A stretch of 64,000 bases of DNA, taken from contig OX597818.1 in the NCBI GenBank assembly GCA_951406725.2, positions 135,346,001-135,410,000 of the forward strand, read 5' to 3'. The position numbers and the translations under genes were made by a program. This stretch comes from Octopus vulgaris. Its lineage: Eukaryota. The notes under the pieces were generated by a model, which did no database searches, was not told the origin of the DNA, and saw only the letters and a program-made list of their open reading frames with translations. Position 1 is the stretch's first letter; every line of letters starts with the position of its first letter. Positions 59,812-64,000 of the stretch are shown one piece after another.

Positions 59812-60364
59812 CATCATTTAACTGGATGCCCTTCCTAACGCCAACTACTCCATGAGTGTAGTGGGTGTTTTTTTACATGCCACCGGCACAGGGCCAGAGG
59901 AGGCTGGCAAATGGCCACGATCGGTTGGTGCATTTTACATGTCACCGACACGGACACCAGTCAGGCGGCGCTGGCATCTGTCACGTTCGGATGGTGCTTT
60001 TTAGATGTCACCGGCACAGGGTCTTATATATATATATATACTGGCTTCCGTGTCGGTGGCACGTAAAAAGCACCATCCGAATCGTGGCCGAAGCCAGTGC
60101 ATCCTCGACTGGCTTCCGTGCCGGTGGCACATAAAATGCACCAATCCGACCGTGACCGATGCCAGCCTCGCCTGGCACCAGTGCAGGTGGCACGTAAAAA
60201 GCACCCACTACACTCACGGAGTGGTTGGCGTTAGGAAGGGCATCCAGCTGTAGAAACATTGCCAGATAAGACCGAAGCCTGGTGCAGCCTTCTGGCTTCC
60301 CAGATCCCCGGTCGAACCGTCCAACCCATGCTAGCATGGAGAACGGACGTTAAACGATGATGAT
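59812..60364. mobile_element. Divergently oriented pair of family C tails (59812-60021 minus; 60041-60364 plus) separated by (TA)n
   Basis: Both carry units and the tail motif in opposite orientation, about 20 bp apart. Confidence 0.8.
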
Positions 60365-61015
60365 ATATATATTCACACACACACATACACCTGTAGATGG
60401 CTAAGTTGATACATTTAGACCTACAACCAAAGGATCAGTTATTCATATACAATTATTGAAGTCATACTAAGTCTATGCTAAAAAAACAAATGGCTCAGTT
60501 TACTCAACCATCTAAAGGTACCAACAGTAAAATTAGTAATTATTTTACTTGCTTCTTTATATACTGAATTTTACTTTGCCGGACTATCTTCCCTAGATAT
60601 ATTACATGGACACAAAAGTCTTGTTAGGCACCTTTCACTAACTATTAAGTTGATAATGAAACACTATAGTTGATCTATCATACTAACTTGAATTATTGAG
60701 GTAGAAATTATTATAAGCATTGAATCTGTCATGGCATCACACATATACTTGTTACCATAGCTAGTTGATTTCACTGACCCAAACGCTCTACCTATCAACA
60801 CAGTTATCACTATCATATATCATCATGAGTTAATGCTCCTGTTTCACTGCTGGTATGTTGGACAATTTGATAGGAACAAATGAGTCAGAGGGCTGTACCA
60901 AACTCCAATGTCTGCTTTGGCATGGTTTCTACAGCTAGATGCCTTTCTTAATACCAACCGTTTTTACAGAGTGTACTCGGTGACACGAGCAGTGGTGAGG
61001 TCACCAAGTATTCAC

Positions 61016-61268
61016 ATCATCATCATTGTTCGACCGTGGTCGAGACAATGGAATTTACCATGCTACGCCAGACTTCACGGTCCATCATGGCATTACGGAG
61101 ATCCTGTTGCTGGATGCCTGTATCCCTGGAGATTACATCAGGGTAGGAGAGTGTGCGCCCTCTGGTATTGCGAGTAGATGGCTTCCAGAGGAGAAGAGTA
61201 GAAATTACTTCTTTTTCAGCTCTACAACAATGTCCAGCAAACTGGACTCTCCTACCTTTCACAAGGTA
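61016..61268 (-). mobile_element. RTE-clade LINE 3' end
   Basis: VKGRRVQFAGHCCRAEKEVISTLLLWKP...SYPDVISRDTG...AMMDREVWRSMV, followed by a (TGA)n tail. Confidence 0.8.
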
Positions 61269-64000
61269 GGAGAGTCCAAAGAAAAAGTATTCACAAGACA
61301 AGACTCCTGACTGAGTAGGGTATAATAATGAGGGATGTGAAAATATAATTAAGGGACAGGAACAAGTGTCCTGCTGAAGAGGTAAATACTCGGCTTCCCC
61401 CATCTGGAAAGAGAAAATAGGAATTGTGCATCAGATAAAATGTCTCAGTATTCGTTCAGCCATCTGCACTCTGAATTCAACTTTGTTTTACATTCCTTCA
61501 GCACCAATAGATGAAGTACCAACTGATACATCATCATCTTCCCACCCCTCTCTTTCTCCTTAAAAGAAATTGTCTGTAGTTAAGATCTGGAGAGGGATGG
61601 GCTTCACCAGGTTTAGGTATCACAAAACACATTGTCACAACCAGCATCGAATGTTACAGTAGTGGAGTTCAGGAGCCTCAATTGGCCCTAAATATAATTT
61701 AATTATACAGTTAGAGAAGTCCACTGGCAGAATTATTAGTATTGGACAAAATGCCTTGTGGATATTTGTTCTTGCTTTTTATGTTGTGAGTTCAAATTCT
61801 GCTGAAATCAACTTTACCTTTCATCCCTCCAAGGTTGATAAATAAAATACTACTTGAGTACTAGGGTTGATTTAATTGATTAAACCCTGCTCCTCCCAAA
61901 TTTAAGGCCTTGTGTTATATTTTGACTGGGTGGGGTTGGTGTACCCACTGGCTTGGTACAGCACCCAAGTTTGGAAGCATAAATATGTTGTAGATGTATA
62001 TATATCTATATACAAAAGACAACATGTATTTTATTTATGACATACATAAAACAAGAGATGTATTACAATTTATAGTAAGAGTTTATACGTCTTAACTTAT
62101 AACATTATGCTCTACAATACATGCTATAGTTTGCTCAGATCTTACGGCTCAACTGATTGCTGATTAGAAAACGATTTATCTCACAGAATCACATTAAAAT
62201 CAGCATAGCAGAGGATTTATTCCTTAGACGTTTCAACGACGAAAGCAATTCGGTCAGACAGATTTGTTGTCGGATATTAAAACATTTTTTTAACTAAACA
62301 TCCTCTTCTAAAAGGTGAGGATTCTTTAAACCAAATTTATATCTGATTAAAAGTTTTATTCGTGCTACTCGAAAATCTGCTACAGAATATTAAAATCATT
62401 TCTACAACAAAACTGCAGTAATAAAAAATTAGTGAAAAACACTGATTTCAATCTGAATGAAGTCGAGACAGAATTTCTATTTTAAATCCAATTTTTTTTC
62501 AAAGACTTGCCTAGAAATCTCTAGTCATACATTACATAATATAAAAAATAGATAAATATAGCTAAAATCAAATTAAGATGGTGGTAAAACAGTGAATAAC
62601 ATAGTAACCCAATTTTAATCTTAAATTTCAGTCAGTTGAGAAGCTAAAAAGCCAACATTATGTAGATTATGTTCTTGGTATATTTTAATCGACAGCATAG
62701 TATCCAAAGAGATGTTATAATGCTTAGGTTTTTTGTAACAAAATGTTCATTTCCAGATTCCCATATTATCAAATTTTCATTTCTACAAATTCTTAATCGT
62801 GCTTTCCCTATCGTTATCATTATTATTATTATTACGGGCAGATACACTTTTAGAATTAAAAGTTAACAGAATTATATTTGAAAAAAAAAAAAAAAAATGA
62901 ACACAATTTAAAATTCTAGCGACTTCTTTTCGTTACTTTAGATTTAGCAACTTTGGAATTATTCTAACGTAAAGTTTAGAACTATTAAGTTAAACGGCAA
63001 ATAAGCTATTTTCGACGAGGGTCCTCATTGTGCTGTCAAAACTGATACAAGAATTTCTCCTCATTCAAACAATGACGTTTTCTCTAGACTTCGTTACACA
63101 CAGACTAATAATAACCAAAAGTAAACCATTTATTCTCTCTCAACAAGAATTCTTTTAAATGTATATATATATATTAACCTATATAATTCCTATAATCAAA
63201 ATTGTTTATTATTGCTTCAGTAATTCATTTACGTTAAGTCAAGTTATTGATAAATTTAAAAAAAAATAAAAATAAAAGCAAATGTCAGAATAGTTGTACA
63301 TTTAGATTTAATGGAAATTTCCCTTTGAATCCGTACAAAAATTCATGAATTATATAACATCGACGGAGATCTAGAAGGAGAGAATTCATATCTAAAGAAC
63401 AAAATGGAAATGGTTAATTTTTTTCATTCTCTCCACAACGAAATAATTAATCCCTTTCAAATTATCCTTACAATAATTTTCGAACTCGGCGATATTGAGA
63501 AAAATCTAAACACACACAAGTACCTAATAAATATATTAATAATCATTTCTTTAATCTAATAAAATTATATTTCATAAAATTTAATTTCTCCATTCACGAT
63601 GTCTTAATTAATATTAGAGGTGCTTTTTTAAATTAAGGAGACTTACCACTTACTTCAAACATAGATCTCAGTCTTAATTAATACGGTTGCTTTTTTTTAA
63701 AAAAAAAATGATTTTACCTACAATCTAATAAATAGTAATAAATATTTGATGATTCAAGATGCAGTTATAATTATTGCAAGCAACGAATATTTAAAAGATT
63801 TTTAATTTTACAACAATCATTACATTTGGAAATTAACAAGTCGAGCATGTTTTAACTAGCTCTCATGGTACTCAGTATTTAAGGGGAAATACTGACCCTT
63901 CATCTCCCTAATTCACTTATATCGCAACCCTTCTGGATTTCTACATACAAAAGAACTTCAAGTCATAGGTGCTAGCTTCTTGATCTCTAATTATAAATGT

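Noticed and set aside
62220-62265. Minus-strand hammerhead-like CTGACCGA...GAAACGTC
   Set aside because: The core has an extra base and stems I and II do not pair convincingly.

Overview
AT-rich, repeat-dense eukaryotic genomic DNA, most likely a cephalopod (Octopus-like), judged from the SINE families, microsatellite density and intron sizes. The only host gene I can support is a minus-strand HAPSTR1/C16orf72 (HUWE1-associated stress-response protein) homolog. Three coding exons are present (32735-32806, 27134-27436, 24868-25058) with GT-AG, phase-1 junctions. It has a probable ~4.65 kb 3' UTR ending near 20215 and an upstream intron >31 kb long; the first exon was not found and probably lies beyond 64000. 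Almost all ORFs in the track are spurious (microsatellite or SINE translations) or decayed transposon fragments. Mobile DNA includes three tRNA-derived SINE families, an abundant 5'-truncated RTE-type LINE 3' tail ending in (GAT)n, RTE and restriction-like-endonuclease (R4-like, HERO-like) LINE fragments, two decayed mariners, TTAA piggyBac-type MITEs and two non-autonomous Helitrons. The most interesting signals are: two minimal type I hammerhead ribozyme motifs, one inside a 774-bp insertion with a 15-bp target-site duplication; a compact H-type pseudoknot module repeated in the LINE tail and amplified into a 63-bp tandem array; an inverted SINE pair flanking a frame-preserving 303-nt exon (circRNA candidate); a SINE-free 3' UTR with a dense Pumilio-motif microsatellite; a ~300-bp intronic palindrome; and several junction fossils of template switching.
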